Below, piece by piece: positions 13,394-25,800 of a stretch of DNA of 64,000 nt. A program made the position numbers and the translations under genes. Within the stretch, counting starts at the first letter, position 1. The number at the start of each line of letters is the position of its first letter. This stretch comes from Somniosus microcephalus (taxonomy: Eukaryota). Location of the stretch: the NCBI GenBank assembly GCA_052327205.1, contig CM126207.1, positions 151,776,001 through 151,840,000 on the forward strand, given 5' to 3'. The notes under the pieces were generated by a model, which worked only from the letters and a program-made list of their open reading frames with translations, was not told the origin of the DNA and ran no database searches.

Positions 13394-15325
13394 TCATTTG
13401 GGGACAGCGATCGGAGCTTCAGGAGCGCCAAGGCCGGTGGTGATTGCTATTTTCCCCTGCGAGGTCATCAGAGACCGCATTGTCTGTATGATTGACTCAA
13501 TCGCAGCGGGATCCACAACCGCACCACCCCCTGTGGTTGGGGCAGGTGCTACGGTTGGGCTCTGGACTGGTGCTGGGGCAGCGGTCTGGACTTGTGCTTG
13601 TGCTGGTGCTGGGGTAATGATCTGGCCGTGGGCTTGGACTTGGGCTATGGCTCGGTCTTGGGCTGCGGCAAATGCTCTCTCTCTCTTATCCTTCCATGGA
13701 TTTCTACAGTCCTTGCGCCAATGACCCTCCTTCCCACACCCGTAACAACTGCTGTTGGCTTGGGGAGGGCGATTTCCCTCCTGATGCCATTCCTTTTTTG
13801 CAGAAGCTGCGGGCCTCACCTCATGCACCTTTCCTTTTATAACAGGCGTTTTCTTACCCTTGTTGTTCCTATAAATGATCGTGAGCTGATCCAGCACTAG
13901 ATCCTCTGTGGAGCGGGCGTTAGTGGGGTCAAACCATGCTTTGGCCTGCTCCCTCACTACTGGCAAGCAACCTGCTACCAGGCACCGAAGCCAATGAGCC
14001 CTTTGTTCATTATTCAGCCCGGCCCAGGCCGGCCCACCCGGGCAGCTGCGCCGATGCACTGGCCACAACCTTTCGGCGAAAACCCGTGGGGGTTCTCCCT
14101 CTAGCTGCACTGTCTTTTCTAAACGGAGGAACAGAGTTCCGTCCCCCTCTCCCATAATCTCCAGAATCTCATCCCGTAGCAACTCATAGTCCCTGTGCCC
14201 TCTCTTGCTCTCGTCAGGGAGACGCTGGAGGAGCGAACTGTCCATGGAGAACAGCAGCATTTTAGACTGTTCCACCCCGTCGCAGTCATTGACTGCTGCG
14301 GTCTGCTCCACGTCCCTGAAATGCACGGAGGGATCTCCTGACTCGGAGAGTTTTGGGATGTGACTTATCATTTCTCTTAGCTGTCGTGCGCTATGGGGCA
14401 TTACGATCTGACTCTCAAGGGGTCCGTCATCGCCATTTGCTTCATTTGGACCGAGCCTCCGGTGTCTAGTTGGACACATCGGCGCCGGCCCTGACTCTAC
14501 TATCTGGGGTTGCTCTACCTCAGGACTCTCTTCCTCTACCGTCTCCGTCTCCTTCCCCGGAGTCCAAGACTCATCATAAGCAGGAGGCGCAGAGGGTTCA
14601 GGAGTTGCTACCCCAAATGCCTCTTGTGGAATCGGTCTTTTGGATTCCTTGGCTAGCAATAGCTGACTCGCTGGTGGATTTATGAGACACACCAACCCGT
14701 TTGCCTTGGCTAGGGCCATTCTCAGGTCCTCTTGAACCCTGCGGCAAGCGCTGTGGTCAGTGCTCTCCGATCTATCCTCCATGGCCATCTTATATGCTGC
14801 CCTGGCTCCCAGAAGTTTTTCCTCTTGGGCCTCTATTTGCTTGGCTAGACGGAAACACCTGTCTCTCATTCTACCTTCACTGGCCTTGGCCTCAATGACC
14901 TGACATTTTATATACTCTACCCGGGTTTTGTGGCAGCGAATTAGTGAGTGGCGTTCCTGATTCAGCATGTTAAGCGATTCAATCAGTTTTTGACCTCCCG
15001 CAACCTTTTCCTCTACGTCTGTAAGCAACCCGTTGATCTGGGCTGTCTGTGCTGCAACGACCTGGTCCAAAAGCTGGACTTGCTTCTTGTAGCACATCAG
15101 CCAGACCGCCTTCTCTACAGATTTCTTATGCTCTTTACCCGCTGTCCACTTGATGGCTGCGTCTAGCGGGCGCCTATCTCTCAACAGGTCAGATATCCAT
15201 TGTTTTGTGAGGTTGACTTTTCCAAAAACATAATCTGCTATTCTTTCATCCATCACATCTCGTTTACTCAGACCTTGATCTAACACACTACTTTCCTGCT
15301 GCCAAGGTCCTGCCGCGGTCGCCAT
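13394..15325 (-). CDS. gag: Gag, 643 aa, open
   Basis: N-terminal coiled coil, PSAPPAY late-domain motif, capsid-like region, single zinc knuckle CYGCGKEGHWRKDC. Clear homologue at 57101-58821. Confidence 0.9.
   Translation of the reverse strand: MATAAGPWQQESSVLDQGLSKRDVMDERIADYVFGKVNLTKQWISDLLRDRRPLDAAIKWTAGKEHKKSVEKAVWLMCYKKQVQLLDQVVAAQTAQINGLLTDVEEKVAGGQKLIESLNMLNQERHSLIRCHKTRVEYIKCQVIEAKASEGRMRDRCFRLAKQIEAQEEKLLGARAAYKMAMEDRSESTDHSACRRVQEDLRMALAKANGLVCLINPPASQLLLAKESKRPIPQEAFGVATPEPSAPPAYDESWTPGKETETVEEESPEVEQPQIVESGPAPMCPTRHRRLGPNEANGDDGPLESQIVMPHSARQLREMISHIPKLSESGDPSVHFRDVEQTAAVNDCDGVEQSKMLLFSMDSSLLQRLPDESKRGHRDYELLRDEILEIMGEGDGTLFLRLEKTVQLEGEPPRVFAERLWPVHRRSCPGGPAWAGLNNEQRAHWLRCLVAGCLPVVREQAKAWFDPTNARSTEDLVLDQLTIIYRNNKGKKTPVIKGKVHEVRPAASAKKEWHQEGNRPPQANSSCYGCGKEGHWRKDCRNPWKDKRERAFAAAQDRAIAQVQAHGQIITPAPAQAQVQTAAPAPVQSPTVAPAPTTGGGAVVDPAAIESIIQTMRSLMTSQGKIAITTGLGAPEAPIAVPK
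15307..15324 (-). promoter_or_regulatory. Primer-binding site, tRNA-Arg(TCG)
   Basis: TGGCGACCGCGGCAGGAC, 4 nt after the LTR end. Complementary to the 3' 18 nt of vertebrate tRNA-Arg-TCG (...GTCCTGCCGCGGTCG-CCA, recalled sequence). Confidence 0.85.
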
Positions 15326-15328
15326 TTC

Positions 15329-16875
15329 TATAGGGGGTTTCTCTTGCTCTTTCTGGTCTCCTGCCAGGCTTCGTGCAATAATTACCCTTGAGTGGTTTGA
15401 CCCACTCCCCCTACGGTTCTAGACCTTGGACTTAGGTGCAGAGAACAGTAGTGCAGAGAAAGAACTCAATAGACCAGGTTGAATAGCACGAAATGGATGC
15501 TTTTATTTTTAAACAGCTTGAAGCATTACAAAATACATGTCATAGGCACAGATCATAGTTACTACAATCATGCACAAATTTATGAAATTGACTCTTTGGA
15601 AATGGGGAACACACGGCACATCGTAAAGGGGAAAACACATTACGATTACCCTTCACTCCCTCCCCTATACCTAAACTAAGTTTCGACCTGGGGAACTTGG
15701 GATCATGCTCACCACTCTCGAAATCGCGAAAAAGGGGGTTCGCAGCATTTTGGCAGCGCTTTCCGTCGTCACGTGGATTTGGAAACTTCTGGCGCAGTCG
15801 ATATTCTCTCTCCCTCGAGGCGGTGGGGTAGACACAGCCTCGATGAGCGCTCGTCAAGGTTGAGATCCACTATTGTGGATTTGGGTTCATGGAGCAGACC
15901 TTCAGCTGCAGGCTGTTGAAGAACTGCATGCAAATGGGAGAATCTCTCCGGCCTGGATCGTCGGTTCTCCAGAGGGTTTCTTCTCCGTCGGCCTGGGTCG
16001 TCGATGATCTCCCGACCCCAGTACCCGGGCCACCCTCGTCGTCTTCTCGTCGTGGCCGAGCCTTGTTTGGCTGAACACAGACCACGTTGTCTTTTCATCG
16101 AAATTGTCCGTCTTTAAAAAGACGAAACGTCTTCATCGATTCCGCATCTATCGAAGTGGAAGAGGCGCCGATCCTGGCACCGTCCGTCCTTCGTTCGTTC
16201 CTTGTAGAAGAAGTTCTTGAAGAAGTAGAAGTCTGAAGTCGCCCAGCCAGAAGCATCAGTGAAGTGAAGTACGAAGTAACTTAGATGGACTTTCAATCCA
16301 TAGTTATACTCTTTTGGGACAGTCTTATCTCCCGCCAAATCATTGTCCTGTCTTTGTATTAATTTTGGCGGGCAGAAATCTCTGCAGGGGCGCTTTGTCT
16401 TGTAACGGGAGCCGGTGATAAATTAACTGGCCTTCCTGGCCGATAATGTCTTTTAATGTCTTTTACATTGTCATCACGACTCGGTTCGCATATTGATCGG
16501 TCAGGAGATTTTCCTTGATGTCTGCTAAACGGTTTCTTCATTGTACAATAAATGGGTATAAGTGTTTTTGCATTGTCTGCCCATATCTTGATGGGCCCCA
16601 TCCTGTACTTAGAATCCATTGAATATGTATGCTGTTTCCCTGAGTTTCGGTTCCCAGATACTGGCTTTCGCGGGCTTACTGTCTTCAATCCACAAGACTG
16701 TCTGGCTTGCAGTAACAGAAATAAAATGGTCCAGAATACTGATCACGAGGCCCGGCGGCCATTTTGTATGCCCTTTTATCAAAGGTTTTTCTGTGCAAGC
16801 TTACTTTGGTCAATAAACAGTCTTATTTTATCCGGTTTTCTTGCGTGATTATTGCTGAAAATTTCGAATCTTACA
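15329..16875 (-). repeat. 5' LTR of element 1
   Basis: Direct repeat of 7776-9321. The terminal CA on the PBS side is mutated to TA. Confidence 0.95.
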
Positions 16876-19800
16876 TGCTGTTCTGATCAGACTGTACATG
16901 GCTCTGATCAGACTGTACACCGCTCATATCAGACTATAAGCTGCTCTGATCAGACTGTATGGTGCTCCGATCAATCTGTATGCTGGTCTGATCAAACTGT
17001 ACACTGCTCCGATCAGTATGTATGCTGATCGGAACAGATTTACGCTGCTCTGATCAGTCTGGATGCGACGCCAATCAGACCGTACGATGCTCTTATCAGA
17101 CTGTTCGATGTTCAGATCAGACTGTACACTGCTCTGATCAGACAGTACGGTTCTCTGATCAGACTGTACGGTTCTCCGATCAGACCGTACGATGCTCTGA
17201 ACAGACTGTACTGTGCCCCGATCCGACTGTACTGTTCTCTGATCATTCTATACGGTTCTCTGATCAGACTGTACAGTGCTCTGATCAGACTGTATGGTGC
17301 TCTGTTCAGACAGCAGGGTGCTCCGATCAGACTGTACGTTGCTCTGATCAGACTTCACGCTGCTCTGATCAGACTGTACACTGCTCTGATCAGTCTGTTC
17401 GATGCTCAGATCAGACTGTAAACTACTCTGATCAGACTGTACGGTGCTCTGATCAGAATGTGTCGTTCTCCAATCAGACCACATGAAACTCTGATCAGAC
17501 TGTGAGATGCTTCGATCCAACTGTGCGCTGCTCTGAACAGACTATACGGTTCTCTGATCAGACTGTACGGTGCTCTGATCAGACTCTAAGCTGCTCTGAT
17601 CAGACTGTACGGTGCTCTAATCAGACTGTACGTTGCTCTGATCAGACTGTATGCTGCTCCGATCAGACTGTATGGTGCTCTGATCAGTCTGTTCGATGCT
17701 CAGATCAGACTGTACACTGCTCTGATCAGACTGTACGGTGCTCTGATCAGACTGTATGGTTCTCCAATCTGACCATCTGAATCTCTGATCAGACTGTGAG
17801 ATGCTCCGATCCAACTGTACGCTGCTCTGATCAGACTGTATGGTTCTCTGATCAGACTCTACGGTGCTCTGATCAGACTCTAAGCTGCTCTGATCAGACT
17901 GTACAATTCTCTGATCAGACTGTACCTGCTCTGATCAGATTGTACGCAGCACTGATCAGACAGTATGGGACTCTGATCAGAATGTACGTTGCTCCGATCT
18001 GACTGTATCTTGCTCTGGTCAGACTGCACGCTGCTCTGATCAGACTGTACACAGCTCTGATCAGACTGTACTGTTCTCCTGTTAGATTGTACACTGCTCT
18101 GATCAGATTGTACGCTTCTCCTATCAGACTGTACGCTGCACCGATTAGACTGTATGGTGCTCCGATCAGACTGTACGCTGGTCTGATCAAACTGTACGGT
18201 GCTCTGATCAGAAAATATGCTGCTCCAATCAGACTATACGCTGCTCCAATCAGACTGTACATTGCTCTGATCAGAATTCATGCTGCTCTGATCAGACTGT
18301 ACAATGCACTGATCAGACAGTAGTCTGCTCTGGTCAGAATGTACGAGGCTCTGTTCAGACTTAACGCTTCTCTGTTCAGACTGTACGCTGCTCTGTTCAG
18401 ACTGTATGATGCTCTGATCAGACTGTATGCAGCTCTGATCATACTGTATGCTGCGCCCATCAGTCTGTATGCTGCTGTGATTAGACTGGACGGTGCGCCG
18501 AACAGATGGTACGCAGCTCCGATCAGTCTGTAAGTTGCTCTAATCAGACTGTACAGTGCTCCGATTGGACTGTTCGCTGGCCTGATCAAACTGTACAGAG
18601 CACTGTTCAGACTGTATGCTGCTCCAATCAGACTGTACGATGCTCCGATAAGATTGTATGCTGCTCTGATCAGGCTGGACGTTGCTCCTATCAGGCTGTA
18701 CACCCTCCAATCAGACTGTACATTGCTCTGATCAGACTGTACGATGCTCTGATCAGAATGTAAGTGTTGCATCTTGACCGAACAGTAATGAATAGTTGAG
18801 ACGGAATGTACCTTTTACTATTTAATGAGTAAATGGTGGACATTACAGCACATTGTCTGCATGGCAGAACCCAAAACTGAAAGTGAAAGACAAAGTAAAA
18901 CCGAGCCCCCCAGCACCCCCTTCAGGTAACACACGGGAACTGGGACAAACTTAATTTATTCAAAACTCAAAACACAACAGTAAATATCTCAGATCAGACT
19001 GTACGGTGTTCTGTTAAGAGTGTTTGCTTCTCTGATCAGAGTGTAAGATGCTCTGATCAGACTGCACACCACTGTGATCAGACTGTACGCTGCTCCGATC
19101 AGACTGTATGATAATCAGATCAGAATTTACGATGCTCTGATCAGACTGTGCAAAGCTCAGATCAGACTGTACACTGCTCTGATCAGACTGTTCGCTGCTC
19201 TGAGAAGACTGTACGCTGCTCATAATAGATTGTGGGCTGCTATGATCTGACTGTACGGAGCTCTGGTCAGACTGTATTATGCTCAGATCAGACTGTACGC
19301 CGCTCATATCAGACTGTCCGCTGCTCTGATCAGGATGTACTCTGGTCTGATCAAATTGTAGTGTGCTCTAATCAGACTGTACACTGCTCCGATCAGACTG
19401 TATGCTGCTCTGATCAGACTGTAGAGTGCTCCGATCAGACTGTACTGCCCTCCAATCAGACTGTACAGTGCTCTGATCAGAATGTACACTGCTCCGATCA
19501 GAAAGTTCGCTCAACCGATCAGACTGTATGCTGCTCCGATCAGACTATACGATGCTCCAATCAGACTGTATGGTTCTCCGAACAGAATGTATGGTGCTAT
19601 GATCAGACTGTACGTACATTGCTCTGATCAGACTGTACACTGCTCTGATCAGACTGTACACTGCTCCGATCAGACTGTACGGTGCTCTGATCAGAATGTT
19701 CTTTGCTCTAATCATACTGTATGCTGCTCTAATCAGACTGTAAGCTGCTCTGATCAAACTGTACATGAAATGATCTGACTGTACGCTGCTCTGATCAGAC

Positions 19801-22800
19801 GGTACACTGCTCTGATCAGACTGTACAGTGATCTGATCAGACTGTATGAAGCTCCGATCAGAATGTACGCTGCTCCGATCACACTGTATGGTGCACTGAT
19901 TTGAATGTATGATGCTCTGATCAGACTGTACGCTGCCCCCATCAGTCTGTAAGCTGCTGCGATCAGACTGTACGGTGCTCTCTTCAGACTTTACGGTACA
20001 CTGATCAGACTGGTCATTGCTCAGATCAGACTTTTTGCTGCTCTGATCAAAATAATAAGGTGCTCTGATCAAACTGTACATGCTCTGATCCGACTGTACG
20101 CTGCACGGATCAGACAGTACGATGCTCCGATCAAACTGTACGCTGCTGCGAACAGACTGTATGTTTCTCTGATCAGAATGTACAATGCACTGATCAGACT
20201 GTAGTCTGCTCTGATCAGAATGTAGGAGGCTCTGTTCAGACTGTACGCTGCTCTGTTCAGACTGTACGACACTCATATCAGACTGTATGGTTCTCCAAAC
20301 AGGCTGTACGCTGCTCTGATCAGACTCTACGTACGTTGCTCTCATCAGACACTGCGCTGCTCTGATCAGACTGTACGCTGCTTTATTCAGACAGTACGGT
20401 GCACTGATCAGACTGTTCATTGCTCAGATCGGACTGTTTGCTGCTCTGATCAGAATGTAAGGTGCTCTGATCAAACTGTACATGCTCTGATCAGACTGTA
20501 CGCTGCACTGATCAGACAGTACGAAGCTCCGATCAAACTGTACGCTGCTGCGAACAGATTGCTTGCTGCGCAGATCAGATTGGACGGTGCTCCGATCAGG
20601 CTGTACCGTCCTCCAATCAGACTGTACATTGCTCTGATCAGACTGTACGATGCTCCGATCAGAATGTAAGTATCTCAGATCAGACTGTACGGTGTTCTGT
20701 TAATAGTGTTTGGTTCTCTGATCAGACTGTATGATGCTCTGATCAGACTGCACGCCACTGTGATCAGAATGTACGCTGCTCCGATCAGACTGTATGATAA
20801 TCAGATCAGAATTTACGATGCTCTGATCAGACTGTACAAAGTTCTGATCAGATTGTACGCTGCTCTGATTAGACTGTATGCTGCTTCGTTCAGAATGTAC
20901 ACTGCCCTGATCAGACTGTAGAGTGCTCCGATCAGACTGCACTGCCCTCCAATCAGACTGTACAGTGCTCTGATCAGAATATACACTGCTCCGATCAGAA
21001 TGTTCGCTCAGCCGATCAGACTGTATGCTGCTCCGATCAGACTATACGATGCTCCGATCAGACTGTATGGTACTCCGAACAGAATGTATGGTGCTCTGAT
21101 CAGACTGTACGTACATTGCTCTGATCAGACTGTACACTGCTCTGATCAGACTGTATGCTGCTCCGATCACATTGTACAGTGCTCTGATCAGACTGTTCGT
21201 TGCTCTAATCAGACTGTATGATGCTCTGATCAGACTGTAAGGTGCTCTGATCAAACTGTACATGACATGATCTGACTGTATGCTGCTCTGATCAGACTGT
21301 ACGCTGCTCTGATCAGAATTTACAGTTCTCTGATCAGTCTGTATGCAATTCCGATCAGAATGTATGCTGCTCCGATCACACTGTATGGTGCACTCATCAG
21401 AATGTGCGATGCTCTGATCAGACTGTACGCTGCCCCCATCAGTCTGTAAGCTGCTGCGATCAGACTGTACAGTGCTCCGAACAGATTGTACACAGCTCTG
21501 ATCAGTCTGTAAGCTGCTCTAATCAGACTGTAAGCTGCTCTGATGAGATTGTACACTGCTCCATTCAGACTGTGCGCTGCTCTGATCAGACTGTACAGTG
21601 CTCCGATCAGAATGTACTGTCCTCCAATCAGACTGTACGCTGCTCCGATCAGACTGTACGATGCTCAGATCAGACTGTATGGTACTCCGAACAGACAGTA
21701 CACTGCCCTGATCAGACTGTACGTACGTTGCTCTCATCAGACTGTACGCTGCTCTGATGAGACTGTATGCTGCTCTATTCAGACTGTACGGTGCACTGAT
21801 CAGACTGTTCGTTGCTCAGATCAGACCGTTTGTTGCTCTGACCAGAATGTAAGATGCTCTGATCAAACTGTACATGCTCTGATCAGACTGTACGCTGCAC
21901 TGATTAGACAGTACGATGCTCCGATCAAACTGTACGCTGCTGCGAACAGACTGTATGTTTCTCTGATCAGAATGTACAATGCACTGATCAGACTGTAGTC
22001 TGCTCTGATCAGAATGTAGGAGGCTCTGTTCAGACTGTACGCTGCTCTGTTCAGACTGTACGACACTCATATCAGACTGTATGGTTCTCCAAACAGGCTG
22101 TACGCTGCTCTGATCAGACTCTACGTACGTTGCTCTCATCAGACACTGTGCTGCTCTGATCAGACTGTACGCTGCTTTATTCAGACAGTACGGTGCACTG
22201 ATCAGACTGTTCATTGCTCAGATCGGACTGTTTGCTGCTCTGATCAGAATGTAAGGTGCTCTGATCAAACTGTACATGCTCTGATCAGACTGTACGCTGC
22301 ACTGATCAGACAGTACGAAGCTCCGATCAAACTGTACGCTGCTGCGAACAGATTGCATGCTGCGCAGATCAGATTGGACGGTGCTCCGATCAGGCTGTAC
22401 CGTCCTCCAATCAGACTGTACATTGCTCTGATCAGACTGTACGATGCTCCGATCAGAATGTAAGTATCTCAGATCAGACTGTACGGTGTTCTGTTAATAG
22501 TGTTTGGTTCTCTGATCAGACTGTATGATGCTCTGATCAGACTGCACGCCACTGTGATCAGAATGTACGCTGCTCCGATCAGACTGTACGATAATCAGAT
22601 CAGAATTTACGATGCTCTGATCAGACTGTACAAAGTTCTGATCAGATTGTACGCTGCTCTGATTAGACTGTATGCTGCTTCGTTCAGAATGTACACTGCC
22701 CTGATCAGACTGTAGAGTGCTCCGATCAGACTGCACTGCCCTCCAATCAGACTGTACAGTGCTCTGATCAGAATATACACTGCTCCGATCAGAATGTTCG

Positions 22801-25800
22801 CTCAGCCGATCAGACTGTATGCTGCTCCGATCAGACTATACGATGCTCCGATCAGACTGTATGGTACTCCGAACAGAATGTATGGTGCTCTGATCAGACT
22901 GTACGTACATTGCTCTGATCAGACTGTACACTGCTCTGATCAGACTGTATGCTGCTCCGATCACATTGTACAGTGCTCTGATCAGACTGTTCGTTGCTCT
23001 AATCAGACTGTATGATGCTCTGATCAGACTGTAAGGTGCTCTGATCAAACTGTACATGACATGATCTGACTGTACGCTGCTCTGATCAGACTGTACGCTG
23101 CTCTGATCAGAATTTACAGTTCTCTGTTCAGGCTGTACGCAATTCCGATCAGAATGTATGCTGCTCCGATCACACTGTATGATGCACTCATCAGAATGTG
23201 TGATGCTCTGATCAGACTGTACGCTGCCCCCATCAGTCTGTAAGCTGCTGCGATCAGACTGCACAGTGCTCCGAACAGATTGTACACAGCTCCGATCAGT
23301 CTGTAAGCTGCTCTAATCAGACTGTAAGCTGCTCTGATGAGATTGTACACTGCTCCATTCAGACTGTGCGCTGCTCTGATCAGACTGTACAGTGCTCCGA
23401 TCAGAATGTACTGTCCTCCAATCAGACTGTACGCTGCTCCGATCAGACTGTACGATGCTCAGATCAGACTGTATGGTACTCCGAACAGACAGTACACTGC
23501 CCTGATCAGACTGTACGTACGTTGCTCTCATCAGACTGTACGCTGCTCTGATGAGACTGTATGCTGCTCTATTCAGACTGTACGGTGCACTGATCAGACT
23601 GTTCGTTGCTCAGATCAGACCGTTTGTTGCTCTGACCAGAATGTAAGATGCTCTGATCAAACTGTACATGCTCTGATCAGATTGTACGCTGCACTGATTA
23701 GACAGTACGATGCTCCGATCAAACTGTACGCTGCTGCGAACAGACTGTATGTTTCTCTGATCAGAATGTACAATGCACTGATCAGACTGTAGTCTGCTCT
23801 GATCAGAATGTAGGAGGCTCTGTTCAGACTGTACGCTGCTCTGTTCAGACTGTACGACACTCATATCAGACTGTATGGTTCTCCAAACAGGCTGTACGCT
23901 GCTCTGATCAGACTCTACGTACGTTGCTCTCATCAGACACTGCGCTGCTCTGATCAGACTGTACGCTGCTTTATTCAGACAGTACGGTGCACTGATCAGA
24001 CTGTTCATTGCTCAGATCGGACTGTTTGCTGCTCTGATCAGAATGTAAGGTGCTCTGATCAAACTGTACATGCTCTGATCAGACTGTACGCTGCACTGAT
24101 CAGACAGTACGAAGCTCCAATCAAACTGTACGCTGCTGCGAACAGATTGCATGCTGCGCAGATCAGATTGGACGGTGCTCTGATCAGGCTGTACCATCCT
24201 CCAATCAGACTGTACATTGCTCTGATCAGACTGTACGATGCTCCGATCAGAATGTAAGTATCTCAGATCAGACTGTACGGTGTTCTGTTAATAGTGTTTG
24301 GTTCTCTGATCAGACTGTATGATGCTCTGATCAGACTGCACGCCACTATGATCAGAATGTACGCTGCTCCGATCAGACTGTACGATAATCAGATCAGAAT
24401 TTACGATGCTCTGATCAGACTGTACAAAGTTCTGATCAGATTGTACGCTGCTCTGATTAGACTGTATGCTGCTTCGTTCAGAATGTACACTGCCCTGATC
24501 AGACTGTAGAGTGCTCCGATCAGACTGCACTGCCCTCCAATCAGACTGTACAGTGCTCTGATTAGAATATACACTGCTCCGATCAGAATGTTCGCTCAGC
24601 CGATCAGACTGTATGCTGCTCCGATCAGACTATACGATGCTCCGATCAGACTGTATGGTACTCCGAACAGAATGTATGGTGCTCTGATCAGACTGTATGT
24701 ACATTGCTCTGATCAGACTGTACACTGCTCTGATCAGACTGTACGCTGCTCCGATCAGACTGTACGGTGCTCTGATCAGAATGTTCTTTGCTCTAATCAT
24801 ACTGTATGCTGCTCTAATCAGACTGTAAGCTGCTCTGATCAAACTGTACATGAAATGATCTGACTGTACGCTGCTCTGATCAGACGGTACACTGCTCTGA
24901 TCAGACTGTACAGTGATCTGATCAGACAGTATGAAGCTCCGATCAGAATGTACGCTGCTCCGATCACACTGTATGGTGCACTGATTTGAATGTATGATGC
25001 TCTGATCAGACTGTACGCTGCCCCCATCAGTCTGTAAGCTGCTGCGATCAGACTGTACGGTGCTCTCTTCAGACTTTACGGTACACTGATCAGACTGGTC
25101 ATTGCTCAGATCAGACTTTTTGCTGCTCTGATCAAAATAATAAGGTGCTCTGATCAAACTGTACATGCTCTGATCCGACTGTACGCTGCACGGATCAGAC
25201 AGTACGATGCTCCGATCAAACTGTACGCTGCTGCGAACAGACTGTATGTTTCTCTGATCAGAATGTACAATGCACTGATCAGACTGTAGTCTGCTCTGAT
25301 CAGAATGTAGGAGGCTCTGTTCAGACTGTACGCTGCTCTGTTCAGACTGTACGACACTCATATCAGACTGTATGGTTCTCCAAACAGGCTGTACGCTGCT
25401 CTGATCAGACTCTACGTACGTTGCTCTCATCAGACACTGCGCTGCTCTGATCAGACTGTACGCTGCTTTATTCAGACAGTACGGTGCACTGATCAGACTG
25501 TTCATTGCTCAGATCGGACTGTTTGCTGCTCTGATCAGAATGTAAGGTGCTCTGATCAAACTGTACATGCTCTGATCAGACTGTACGCTGCACTGATCAG
25601 ACAGTACGAAGCTCCGATCAAACTGTACGCTGCTGCGAACAGATTGCATGCTGCGCAGATCAGATTGGACGGTGCTCCGATCAGGCTGTACCATCCTCCA
25701 ATCAGACTGTACATTGCTCTGATCAGACTGTACGATGCTCCGATCAGAATGTAAGTATCTCAGATCAGACTGTACGGTGTTCTGTTAATAGTGTTTGGTT

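Larger units (their letters stand above)
7776..16875 (-). mobile_element. Endogenous retrovirus-like provirus (LTR-gag-pro/deleted pol-env-LTR), lokiretrovirus-like; element 1
   Basis: Paired ~1546-bp LTRs, TSD TGCT (7772-7775 and 16876-16879), PBS, PPT-like G run, and gag/pro/env ORFs. Confidence 0.93.

Noticed and set aside
10032-14898. Plus-strand ORFs antisense to env/pol/gag of element 1
   Set aside because: No recognisable motifs. Expected shadow ORFs opposite GC-rich coding sequence.
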